Source of the DNA: Escherichia phage vB_EcoM-Pr121LW
Strand: one strand, 5' to 3'
Sequence record: MH752840.1
DNA length: 64,000 bases
Shown: piece after piece, positions 38,767 through 46,250 of the stretch
Numbering within the stretch: the stretch's first letter is position 1
Layout: every line of letters begins with the position of its first letter
Notes under the pieces: model-generated
What the model was told of the DNA's origin: nothing
The model's input: the letters and a program-made list of their open reading frames with translations, nothing else
Databases searched by the model: none
Made by a program: the position numbers and the translations under genes

Positions 38767-39321
38767 ATGAAATACTTTGTAACAAGCGATACGCACTTTC
38801 TCCACCAGCGGGTCATGGAGTTTGATTCATGTCAAAAACACAGATCTCAATATGATCACAATCTTGACAGTATGAATGCGGGAATCATCACCGAGTGGAA
38901 CTCCGTTGTGTCACCTGCAGACACTGTGTTCCACCTGGGAGATATTGCGTGCACTAATGATAAGAATATCAACAACTTACTTCCAGATATTCTAAATATG
39001 TTGAACGGACATATTATTCTTGTTCGTGGCAACCATGACACAAGGACGACTGTCAGAATTATGAAAGAGTTCGGTCATGAGGTTGTAGATTATTACGAGC
39101 TTCGCCACAACAAGAATTTGATCTGTATGAGCCATTACCAGTTTGCAAAGTGGAACAGAAAGCCTCACGGATCAGTCCAACTGTTCGGTCATGCTCACGG
39201 AACCACACAACAGTTGTTTGGCAGGCAGCTTGATGTCGGTTGGGATGTGTGGGGGAGACTCTTACCATTAGAAGAGGCATACCGTATTGCAATGAGTTTT
39301 GATATTGACAGCAGGGAGTAA
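38767..39321 (+). CDS. calcineurin-like metallophosphoesterase
   Basis: DTHF (motif I), GDIACTND (II), GNHD (III), GHAH. Confidence 0.7.
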   Translation: MKYFVTSDTHFLHQRVMEFDSCQKHRSQYDHNLDSMNAGIITEWNSVVSPADTVFHLGDIACTNDKNINNLLPDILNMLNGHIILVRGNHDTRTTVRIMKEFGHEVVDYYELRHNKNLICMSHYQFAKWNRKPHGSVQLFGHAHGTTQQLFGRQLDVGWDVWGRLLPLEEAYRIAMSFDIDSRE

Positions 39322-39368
39322 TCCCTGCTATTTTAAAGAAAATTGCCACACAAGGAGAATCAGGAGAT

Positions 39369-39719
39369 ATGAAAGATGGGGATAAGCTGCTATATCTTAA
39401 AGTCCCCCTTGAAATACTATCTATGTCAAAAGTTTTGAATGACACAACTGGGGAGGTTGTTGTTCTTGACTTGTATGACAAGATTGTATACTGCTACCTG
39501 CACAACTGGTATAAGCTTGGAGGAAATTCCCGCTTCACACCAAGCACAAGGAAAATTGCAGCAGATGTTGGGATAAAGAAAACAAAAGCAGCAGCGTGCG
39601 TTAAAACTTTAGAATGTGCAGGAGTGGTTGAAACATCCACACAAGGGAGAGGTAAAAGATGCACATTTTCCAAAGTTTTGCCACCAGAAGAAGTTATTCG
39701 AATGTCAACAACTGGTTAG
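39369..39719 (+). CDS. putative DNA-binding protein (HTH)
   Basis: TRKIAADVGIKKTKAAACVKTLECAGVVE helix-turn-helix-like segment; immediately upstream of palindrome array. Confidence 0.4.
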   Translation: MKDGDKLLYLKVPLEILSMSKVLNDTTGEVVVLDLYDKIVYCYLHNWYKLGGNSRFTPSTRKIAADVGIKKTKAAACVKTLECAGVVETSTQGRGKRCTFSKVLPPEEVIRMSTTG

Positions 39720-39794
39720 ACCAGTAAAAACTTAAATATCTGTACTATAAGGGTTTGTATGTTTTATGTTCACCATGGAACAGAAACTATTAAC

Positions 39795-39875
39795 TGTCCG
39801 TGATACGGACACCACTGTCCGTCACGCGGACACATCTGCCCGTAATACGGACACTAACTGTCCGTGATACGGACA
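39795..39875. repeat. Four phased copies of a 17-bp palindrome TGTCCG-N5-CGGACA (39795-39811, 39816-39832, 39837-39853, 39859-39875)
   Basis: Direct reading; centre-to-centre spacing 21/21/22 bp; copy 3 has one substitution (TGCCCG). Confidence 0.7.
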
Positions 39876-39914
39876 CATAAAGAATATAACTAAAATAACT
39901 AAATAATAAAAAAT

Positions 39915-40000
39915 AAAAGATCTAGTACTTATGGTACTAAGTACATATACTTAACTTATGTAGAATATACTAGATCCTAAGTACCATGTTTTAAATTTAT
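39915..40000. promoter_or_regulatory. AT-rich region with nested inverted repeats (candidate origin or regulatory site)
   Basis: AGATCTAGTA...TACTAGATC and ATGGTACTAAG...CTAAGTACCAT inverted repeats in an AT-rich stretch. Confidence 0.35.
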
Positions 40001-40019
40001 TACTTTCTATAGGTAGTGT

Positions 40020-40260
40020 CGGCCCTTCATTGGCACTCGCCTACGAGGGGCGAGATGCCGGGCCTCCATAGTGCACACATGCAGGTCTGTTAACATGTGT
40101 GGGAGCGAAGCGGCGCAGGCCAAAGGCCGAGCACTAATGTGGACCACCGACGAAAGCTTGCCAGCGCCGTAAGGAGTCGGTTGAGAGCCTCCCGCGCGAG
40201 TTTGGATAAAGTTTATGTGTGGAAACGGACAATGAGGCCCCTAAATCGCTCCACAGCCAT
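40020..40260 (+). ncRNA. GC-rich structured noncoding island (candidate structured RNA, class unknown)
   Basis: No ORF of 60 aa or more; several perfect hairpins (CTCGCC/GGCGAG, CACACATG/CATGTGTG, GGCC-AAA-GGCC); GC content well above neighbours. Confidence 0.25.
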
Positions 40261-40358
40261 ATAAACTATACCAAGTAAGGCAATCGCACCAGTTTGATAG
40301 AAAAGCTCGTTACAAAGCGATACAGCGAGTTTTTCTATAACTTGAAGAGGAGGCAGCT

Positions 40359-40937
40359 ATGAGTCCACGCAAAGATGACCGTGAAAAGATTGCAAAACGT
40401 TATCAGAATGAAGAACAGATGGAGAAAACTTTCAAGTGGAAGCCAGGTTTCCAGCGTAATCATTCTAACGCTCGTGATCGTAAGCATCCGGATAAGTGGT
40501 TAACACCGCCAAATGATGGCATGCAGGTTGGTGATGAGAAGGAGCTGTCACCTGGAAAAGATGGCAACTACATTCGCACTAAGGAAGCAGGTCCAAAGGA
40601 TGACAGCTATCTTGTAGATAAGGTTCTTGATGGTATTGATGTGGATGTTGACACTGCACGAAACCTTTTTCTTGGTTGGTATCGTACAGGGTTTTTCGAC
40701 ATCAAGGCTATTCGTCGTGTTTGCGATATTAAAAAGTCTGCCTATGATGATGACTCTCTACATCGCACTCTGAGACAATACTCAGAGAGATACGGTCATC
40801 CAGTCATCACTATTGACGATATTAACGAAGTGATGTATCATGCAGAGGTTGTTGCAGGTAGATTCGGTGATGCATATCTCGGTATTCTTTCTGCAAAAGA
40901 TGAGGTAATGTTAAATAAAATTTACTATGAACGCTGA
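40359..40937 (+). CDS. hypothetical protein
   Basis: AGGAGG RBS; ORF. Confidence 0.45.
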   Translation: MSPRKDDREKIAKRYQNEEQMEKTFKWKPGFQRNHSNARDRKHPDKWLTPPNDGMQVGDEKELSPGKDGNYIRTKEAGPKDDSYLVDKVLDGIDVDVDTARNLFLGWYRTGFFDIKAIRRVCDIKKSAYDDDSLHRTLRQYSERYGHPVITIDDINEVMYHAEVVAGRFGDAYLGILSAKDEVMLNKIYYER

Positions 40938-41136
40938 GGAGCGCTTAATGAACAACCCGGTAGCAAAGAACTGTAATAAGTTCAACAAGTCTGCAATTCA
41001 CACTGACAGGAAAAAGAGCTGGTCTCCTGACATTGACGAGGAGCTTGAGAGTTACTTTGAAGACCTGGTCACTAATGCAGATGAGGTTGCGATTAAAGAA
41101 TACGCAGACAGGAAGGATAAGGCCGGAATCTGTTGA
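40927..41136 (+). CDS. hypothetical small protein
   Basis: ORF overlapping previous stop. Confidence 0.3.
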   Translation: MNAEERLMNNPVAKNCNKFNKSAIHTDRKKSWSPDIDEELESYFEDLVTNADEVAIKEYADRKDKAGIC

Positions 41137-41212
41137 CAAAAATAGTGTTACCTGATAAGATCTGCAATATGATGTGATGCAATTTTAACTTACGAGGTCT
41201 ACAGGTAATGCT

Positions 41213-41455
41213 ATGTTTAAGGTTAAGCTCGTTTTTCGTTCCATGAATGAGGATTATTTAGAAGATGAAGGTGAATTTCGTGCACTGGATGATGCAATAG
41301 ATTTTGCCAACGACTTAGCTTGTATGAATACAGGTTATGGGCTATGCTGTTGGGATGGTGGTGTTCAGATCGGTGATAGCAAGATCTTCTACTTCTACCC
41401 TGAGCCTGATAACAAACAAATTAAGTATGTTTTATTTATTTGTGCTTTACAATGA
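41213..41455 (+). CDS. hypothetical small protein
   Basis: ORF. Confidence 0.35.
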   Translation: MFKVKLVFRSMNEDYLEDEGEFRALDDAIDFANDLACMNTGYGLCCWDGGVQIGDSKIFYFYPEPDNKQIKYVLFICALQ

Positions 41456-41479
41456 GGTTGTTTTCGTGTATCATGATGA

Positions 41480-41740
41480 ATATCCAATTTAAAGATGAAT
41501 TTGATGGCTTTATCTCCGGATGCTTTGAAACAGGGTTCGGAGAAGACTGAGTTCCCCTCAGAGGGCTTGATAGTGCACCACACTTAAAATGGTAGGGGCA
41601 GCCAGCACATGACGATGTGACCCCAGCCAACCTGTAACAAGGTCGAGCCGAAGCGCGGGTAATAGGCCTCTGGTAACCCACTTGTTGGGTCTTGCTGGTC
41701 CAGGACGCTGGACAAGTCGCAGGGAATACCACCCTGCGGC
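41480..41740 (+). ncRNA. second GC-rich structured noncoding island (candidate structured RNA)
   Basis: Only low-quality ORFs overlap; GC-rich with multiple complementary segments; ends at a consensus promoter. Confidence 0.2.
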
Positions 41741-41744
41741 GAAC

Positions 41745-41773
41745 TTGACAATCAGTATTTGCTATGATAAAAT
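41745..41773 (+). promoter_or_regulatory. sigma70-like promoter TTGACA-17-TAAAAT
   Basis: Consensus hexamers with 17-nt spacer upstream of 41802 gene. Confidence 0.55.
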
Positions 41774-41801
41774 CCACCTATCACGTGATAATGGAGGAAA
41801 C

Positions 41802-42140
41802 ATGGCGGATACAACTAAAAAGCGTCGCCGTAGAGGCAGACCTCTGAAAGAGGAGTCCAACGCCATTCAGCTAGAGAAGAACATCCTTGATATGAAGGAA
41901 TCTTTTATAGCGATGGTTCCAGAAGCTCACAAAGTTTTAAGAGAGCTGATGTTGGACCCGAAAACCAAACAAAATATTCGTCAAAGCATTGCAGAGTATG
42001 TTCTTGATAAGGCAGACCGAATGCAGGAAGAATATGATGAGATGTTTGGTGAAGAGGAAGAGGTGGTAGTAGAAGAGGCTGAAAAACCAGCACCTTTTAT
42101 GCCATTTACCACAGAAATACAACCTGTTAGCAATAGCTAA
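41802..42140 (+). CDS. hypothetical protein with basic N-terminus and acidic C-terminus (possible small terminase or DNA-binding protein)
   Basis: GGAGG RBS; MADTTKKRRRRGRPLK N-terminus. Confidence 0.4.
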   Translation: MADTTKKRRRRGRPLKEESNAIQLEKNILDMKESFIAMVPEAHKVLRELMLDPKTKQNIRQSIAEYVLDKADRMQEEYDEMFGEEEEVVVEEAEKPAPFMPFTTEIQPVSNS

Positions 42141-42149
42141 AATATTTTC

Positions 42150-42178
42150 TTGACAAACTTTGCTTAACAGTGTAATAT
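42150..42178 (+). promoter_or_regulatory. sigma70-like promoter TTGACA-17-TAATAT driving the tRNA cluster
   Basis: Consensus -35 with 17-nt spacer ~60 nt upstream of first tRNA. Confidence 0.55.
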
Positions 42179-42236
42179 TGTAAACATGGTCTCCCACCTT
42201 TTCTGGCGGCTAAGGTGTAAAAGAAAGCCACCCAGT

Positions 42237-42311
42237 GCCCTGTTAGCTTAGTGGATAAAGCAGCGGCCTTCTAAGCCGTTGACACTGGTTCGAGTCCAGT
42301 ACGGGGTGCCA
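42237..42311 (+). tRNA. tRNA-Arg (anticodon TCT)
   Basis: Manual cloverleaf: 7-bp acceptor stem, D-stem GCTT/AAGC, anticodon loop CTTCTAA, T-loop TTCGAGT, encoded CCA. Confidence 0.75.
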
Positions 42312-42442
42312 AGTTCTTTTTAATGTAGCTTACTTTAGCAGAGTAAATCTTCGGCAAGTGGCGGTAACCACTTTTACCGATACCTCATAGTTAGTGGTGA
42401 GAACACTAGCTATTTTAAAAAGAATTTAAATATTAGTATTTA

Positions 42443-42530
42443 GGTGAGTTAATTCCGTAGGGGTAGCGGGGCAGACTGTAAATCTGTTATCATTGCGATT
42501 CGGGTGGTTCGACTCCATCACTCACCACCA
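42443..42530 (+). tRNA. tRNA-Tyr (anticodon GTA), long variable arm
   Basis: Perfect 7-bp acceptor stem GGTGAGT/ACTCACC, anticodon arm GCAGA-CTGTAAA-TCTGT, T-loop TTCGACT, CCA; 88 nt. Confidence 0.7.
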
Positions 42531-42644
42531 AATTTATATTTTTAAATGCATAAATTATACAGATAATGGCATTGATATTTATCGTCGTTTATACTAGTCA
42601 CTAACTGCTCGAAAATCAGTGTCATTATCAGTATTGTTTATAAA

Positions 42645-42735
42645 AGAGGGTAGGGAGCAATGGTGCTCAAGCGGTCTTGAAAACCGTCCCGTTGAGGATG
42701 ACTCGATGATGGTTCGATTCCATTACCCTCTGCCA
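42645..42735 (+). tRNA. tRNA-Ser (anticodon TGA), long variable arm
   Basis: Perfect 7-bp acceptor stem AGAGGGT/ACCCTCT, anticodon loop CTTGAAA, T-loop TTCGATT, CCA; 91 nt. Confidence 0.7.
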
Positions 42736-42833
42736 TATTGTTGACCTTGTAATTAAGCGAAAGCCGGAAGCAGAACCGGATTATCAAATGTTACAGTCGT
42801 CATCGCCGACTAGCAACATTGTCAACATACTGA

Positions 42834-42932
42834 GCTAGGTAAGCCCTTTGGCAAGGGCGAGGATTTTTAATCCTGAAAATAGACGAGGTAGTCGTTGAAT
42901 ACATAGGTGGTTCGATTCCACCACCTAGCACC
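42834..42932 (+). tRNA. atypical tRNA-like gene (anticodon loop TTTTTAA, possibly Lys-TTT), ~30-nt extra region, no full CCA
   Basis: Acceptor GCTAGGT/ACCTAGC, D-arm GCCC-TTTGGCAA-GGGC, T-arm GGTGG-TTCGATT-CCACC are clean; anticodon stem and variable region are irregular. Confidence 0.35.
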
Positions 42933-42937
42933 TTTTT

Positions 42938-43013
42938 GCTGATGTAGCACAATTGGTAGTGCAATTGATTTGTAATCAATAGGTTGCAGGTTCAAGTCCT
43001 GCCATCAGCACCA
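42938..43013 (+). tRNA. tRNA-Thr (anticodon TGT)
   Basis: Acceptor GCTGATG/CATCAGC, D-stem GCAC/GTGC, anticodon arm ATTGA-TTTGTAA-TCAAT, T-loop TTCAAGT, CCA. Confidence 0.8.
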
Positions 43014-43014
43014 T

Positions 43015-43089
43015 GGCCCTGTAGCTGGAAGGTTCAAGCAAGCGACTCATAATCGCCAGACGGTGGTTCAATTCCACCCAGGGCCACCA
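43015..43089 (+). tRNA. tRNA-Met or tRNA-Ile2 (anticodon CAT), elongator type
   Basis: Acceptor GGCCCTG/CAGGGCC with G1-C72 pair, anticodon loop CTCATAA, T-arm GGTGG-TTCAATT-CCACC, CCA. Confidence 0.7.
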
Positions 43090-43100
43090 AATAGTAAATA

Positions 43101-43177
43101 CTCCGCGTAGCTCAGCTTGGTAGAGCGCCTGATTTGGGATCAGGAGGTCGAGTGTTCGAATCACTCCGTGGAGACCA
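43101..43177 (+). tRNA. tRNA-Pro (anticodon TGG)
   Basis: C1-G72 acceptor pair as in bacterial tRNA-Pro, D-stem GCTC/GAGC, anticodon arm CCTGA-TTTGGGA-TCAGG, T-loop TTCGAAT, CCA. Confidence 0.8.
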
Positions 43178-43223
43178 CTTTCAGTTATACTTTAAACATA
43201 TACACACAAAAGGAACCTTTAAA

Positions 43224-43493
43224 ATGTATACACTTAAAATTGTAGAGCGTGTAAATCCAACAAATACTGTAGATTTTCGTGACGATTTCAATCCTCTGGC
43301 TGTAAATCTTCGAGAGTCATATCATGAACTCAGCTGCGATGCAGTGGTGGTCTTTTTTGAAGACAACTCTGAAGGGGCGGTAGCTTGTGTTGTTGATAGT
43401 GAGCAGAAGTTTTATATTTACAGAGATGTAGATGCATACTTGATGAATGAAAATGCAGTTACTGTTAGAATCATCCACCGAGTGCCTCGATAA
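43224..43493 (+). CDS. hypothetical protein
   Basis: ATG with AGGAA RBS; followed by terminator. Confidence 0.4.
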   Translation: MYTLKIVERVNPTNTVDFRDDFNPLAVNLRESYHELSCDAVVVFFEDNSEGAVACVVDSEQKFYIYRDVDAYLMNENAVTVRIIHRVPR

Positions 43494-43548
43494 GTATTAG
43501 TCTCCTTTTAGTTAGTTTCGATCTATTTAGGTTACTAAATTTTAACCC

Positions 43549-43580
43549 GCCCCGTTAGCTGTATAGCTGCGGGGTTTTTT
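43549..43580 (+). terminator. rho-independent terminator
   Basis: CCCCG...CGGGG stem followed by TTTTTT. Confidence 0.55.
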
Positions 43581-43598
43581 CGTTTCTGGAGCCTTAAA

Positions 43599-43997
43599 AT
43601 GATTTCAGGTTTAACATGGCTTAGTAGGTATAGAGGGATCATAAAAGGTTTAGTTTTTGCAGCGGCTATAGGTACAGCTTATCTTGGGGCCGTGTATTGG
43701 TTTAACTCTAAGCTTAATGATGCCTACCAAGAGGGTGTGTCAGCAACAGAGTTAAAGTGGGAACGGATCCTTGATCAGCAACAAAAGCAGGCCGACAAAA
43801 TTAAAATGGGCCACGCAGAGGAGGTTAAAAACCTTGAAAAATCTCTTTCTGATCTGCAGGATAAATTAAATATAGCTGAGAGGGCAGGTAGAGAAAAGCA
43901 GATTATCTACCTCCAATCACCTGAAGGTAAGAAGTCAACACTCCCTGATCAGCTTATAGATATTTATAATGAGAGTATCAATCAGGAGGATCTATGA
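43599..43997 (+). CDS. i-spanin (Rz-like): N-terminal TM anchor plus coiled coil
   Basis: TM segment GLVFAAAIGTAYLGAVYWF followed by charged helical region; downstream overlapping lipoprotein gene. Confidence 0.5.
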   Translation: MISGLTWLSRYRGIIKGLVFAAAIGTAYLGAVYWFNSKLNDAYQEGVSATELKWERILDQQQKQADKIKMGHAEEVKNLEKSLSDLQDKLNIAERAGREKQIIYLQSPEGKKSTLPDQLIDIYNESINQEDL

Positions 43998-44281
43998 GAG
44001 TTGCTGCACTGTTTATTGTGTGCTTTTTATTATGCGGGTGTGCAACCAGCGTTGAGAGAGAATACAAGATTGACCCTCCTGATGTAGGAAGGTTGATTGT
44101 TAAACCCCCGGAAGGTGCCATGAAACCACCTGCTAAAGCTATGCCTTTGAAGAAAGGTGCGCCAGATGCAGTGAATTCTGGCATTATGAGGGATAATAAT
44201 CTGTCTTGTAGCAATGATAGAGCTAAATTGATCATTTTGCAAGACTATATTAGAACACTGTTTCCAAAGGAGAGAGGTTAA
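43994..44281 (+). CDS. o-spanin (Rz1-like) outer-membrane lipoprotein
   Basis: Signal peptide with lipobox-like LLCGCAT, proline-rich mature region; 4-nt overlap with previous gene. Confidence 0.5.
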   Translation: MRVAALFIVCFLLCGCATSVEREYKIDPPDVGRLIVKPPEGAMKPPAKAMPLKKGAPDAVNSGIMRDNNLSCSNDRAKLIILQDYIRTLFPKERG

Positions 44282-44706
44282 TGTCTAAGATTTACGGACC
44301 GTGTTCTGAAAAGCAGAAGATGATCCTCGAAAACGATGCAGATATTTTGGTAATCGGCGGTGCCGCAGGGTCTGGCAAGTCGTTCCTCTTGCAGTTGATG
44401 CCGCTTAAAATTATCGATGACCCCCACAGCTCTGTGGTTATGTTCCGAAGAACAACCCCACAGTTGGAAGGTGAGGGTGGACTATGGCCTAAAGCAGTAG
44501 CTATTTATAGCGATCTGCCTGAAAACATTAAGCCAAAGTTCAGAGAGAAGGATCATAAGTTCATTTTTCCACGGTTTGATCCGAACACTGGCAAGTGGGA
44601 TAGAAGCAAAAAGGGAGCTGTTGTAAAATACTGCCACATGGAGTATGTACAAGATAAGCTTAACCATCAAGGGCTTGAGTACACCATGGTTTGCTTCGAT
44701 GAGGGT
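44281..44706 (+). CDS. terminase large subunit, exon 1 (ATPase N-terminal part)
   Basis: Walker A GGAAGSGKS and Walker B MVCFDE; frame closes with TAA right at the intron start. Confidence 0.7.
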
Positions 44707-45026
44707 TAATTTGTAGCTCTCGTAAAACCTCCCTAATTGCGGGGAAATCTTTACTATTAATACCACCAACCTGTCATGGTAACATGATAGAGGCTTCGAA
44801 GAGAGATCGAAGGTATGGTAACAGTGTGTTAATTTAGATAATCCGCAGCGAAGCATCCGAGAGGATGAACGTTCAACGACTAGTCGAAAGACGTAGAATC
44901 AAGCGATTCGAAACGGGAGGGTAAGCGGTTGTTGTCGCTTATAAGATATAGTCTGGTCTGCATGGAGACATGCAGCTGCCTGAAAAATGGCGGGGCAAGA
45001 CTAGCGACCTTGCCCGAACATAGACG
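44707..45026 (+). ncRNA. group I self-splicing intron (ORF-less) in the terminase large subunit gene; boundaries approximate
   Basis: Conserved elements in order: P AATTGCGGGGAAA (~44737), Q AATCCGCAGC (~44842), R GTTCAACGACTAGTC (~44870), S AAGATATAGTC (~44940); intron begins GGT|TAATT like T4 td; no ORF inside. Confidence 0.65.
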
Positions 45027-46148
45027 ACACAATTCGAATGGGAGCAGATAGACTATCTGATGTCTCGTCTGCGATCTCAGTCAAAGTATCCATCAAGGAT
45101 GGTTATCAGCTGTAACCCTGATTCAGAACACATGCTTGCCAAACTGGTTAGATGGTGGTTGGACGATGAAGGGTATCCAGATCCGGAGAAATGTGGTAAG
45201 AAAAGATATTTTATCCGACGCGACGGTGAATTTATTTGGGGGGACTCTAAGGAGGAGTTGATAGAGAAATACACCACGGTTAACGGACTGGGTGTAGAGA
45301 TCAAGCCAAGACCGTTGTCATTCTCGTTCATAGGCGCAACAATATTCGATAATCCTGTCTGTTTGAGAGACAACCCAGAATACCTTGCTTTCCTCGAAGG
45401 TCTACCAGAGCTGGAAAAAGCTCAGCTTCTCCATGGTAACTGGTTTGCAAAGCCTGAGGGTGCAAACTATTTTCAAAGATCTTTCCTTCGTGATGCCGAT
45501 AGAGTACCCCTTGGATCAGTATCTTGCAGGGCATGGGATAAGGCAGGAACCGAGAGAACTTCTGGCAATAAATTTCCTGACTTTACTGCCAGTATTAAGG
45601 TAAGTAAAGATAGCGACGGCTTTTATTACCTGTCAGGGGATTATTGTCCTGAAAACGTGGATGACGGGAGGTATTCCACAGGTCTGGAAGGCAAGTTCTG
45701 TAAAAAGGCTGGTGAACGAGATGTGATCATCAGGAAACAGGCGCAGTTTGATGGTGATGATTGCATAATCGTATTCTCTGTGGACCCTGGTCAGGCAGGT
45801 AAGAGTGAGTTCTTAACCTCATCCAGATCCTTGCTCGCAGAAGGGTTCAGGGTTGAAGAAGACCCAATGCCTTCCAACAAGTCTAAACTGACAAGGTTCT
45901 CACCTTTTGCCAATCTTGCCCAACAAGGGATGGTGAGGATTGTAAAATCCAGTTTCCATCCTGATACTCTGGAAGCATTTCTGACCGAACTTGAAAAATT
46001 CAACGGGGAAAGATCAACATTTAACAGAAAAGACGACTGGGCTGACTGTGTAGCTTCTGCAATTAATTTCCTGGAGAAAGAGGAGGTAGCACTTCCTTGT
46101 GTGATTCCATCAATCTCATCACCTTCTATGTTCAAGCGTTTTATCTAG
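45027..46148 (+). CDS. terminase large subunit, exon 2 (nuclease domain); exon start uncertain within 45027-45060
   Basis: Frame open from 45024; 45027 follows a G and restores frame with exon 1; product size and position before the putative portal gene. Confidence 0.6.
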   Translation, partial: TQFEWEQIDYLMSRLRSQSKYPSRMVISCNPDSEHMLAKLVRWWLDDEGYPDPEKCGKKRYFIRRDGEFIWGDSKEELIEKYTTVNGLGVEIKPRPLSFSFIGATIFDNPVCLRDNPEYLAFLEGLPELEKAQLLHGNWFAKPEGANYFQRSFLRDADRVPLGSVSCRAWDKAGTERTSGNKFPDFTASIKVSKDSDGFYYLSGDYCPENVDDGRYSTGLEGKFCKKAGERDVIIRKQAQFDGDDCIIVFSVDPGQAGKSEFLTSSRSLLAEGFRVEEDPMPSNKSKLTRFSPFANLAQQGMVRIVKSSFHPDTLEAFLTELEKFNGERSTFNRKDDWADCVASAINFLEKEEVALPCVIPSISSPSMFKRFI

Positions 46149-46198
46149 GTGTTGCCAATCTTAATTAGATGTGGTAGAATAGATTAATCGGAGATACT

Positions 46199-46223
46199 AG
46201 CCCTCTAACACGAGGGCTATTTT
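46199..46223 (+). terminator. rho-independent terminator
   Basis: AGCCCTC-TAACAC-GAGGGCT hairpin followed by ATTTTG. Confidence 0.5.
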
Positions 46224-46250
46224 GTTATACTGTTTTGAGGGGTAAAGCTT

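Noticed and set aside
38421-38816. 131-aa minus-strand ORF
   Set aside because: Antisense to the kinase and phosphatase genes; hydrophobic, low-complexity product.
41436-41777. 113-aa minus-strand ORF (and 41395-41583) in the GC-rich island
   Set aside because: Cys/Pro/Ser/Arg-rich product, no RBS, opposite to local gene orientation; more likely an artefact of GC-rich structured DNA.
42312-42442. Possible extra tRNA between tRNA-Arg and tRNA-Tyr
   Set aside because: Only an isolated hairpin (AGTGG-CGGTAA-CCACT); no cloverleaf could be built.
42736-42833. Possible tRNA between tRNA-Ser and the atypical tRNA-like element
   Set aside because: Has hairpins (CCGG-AAGCAGAA-CCGG) but no acceptor/T-arm pairing.
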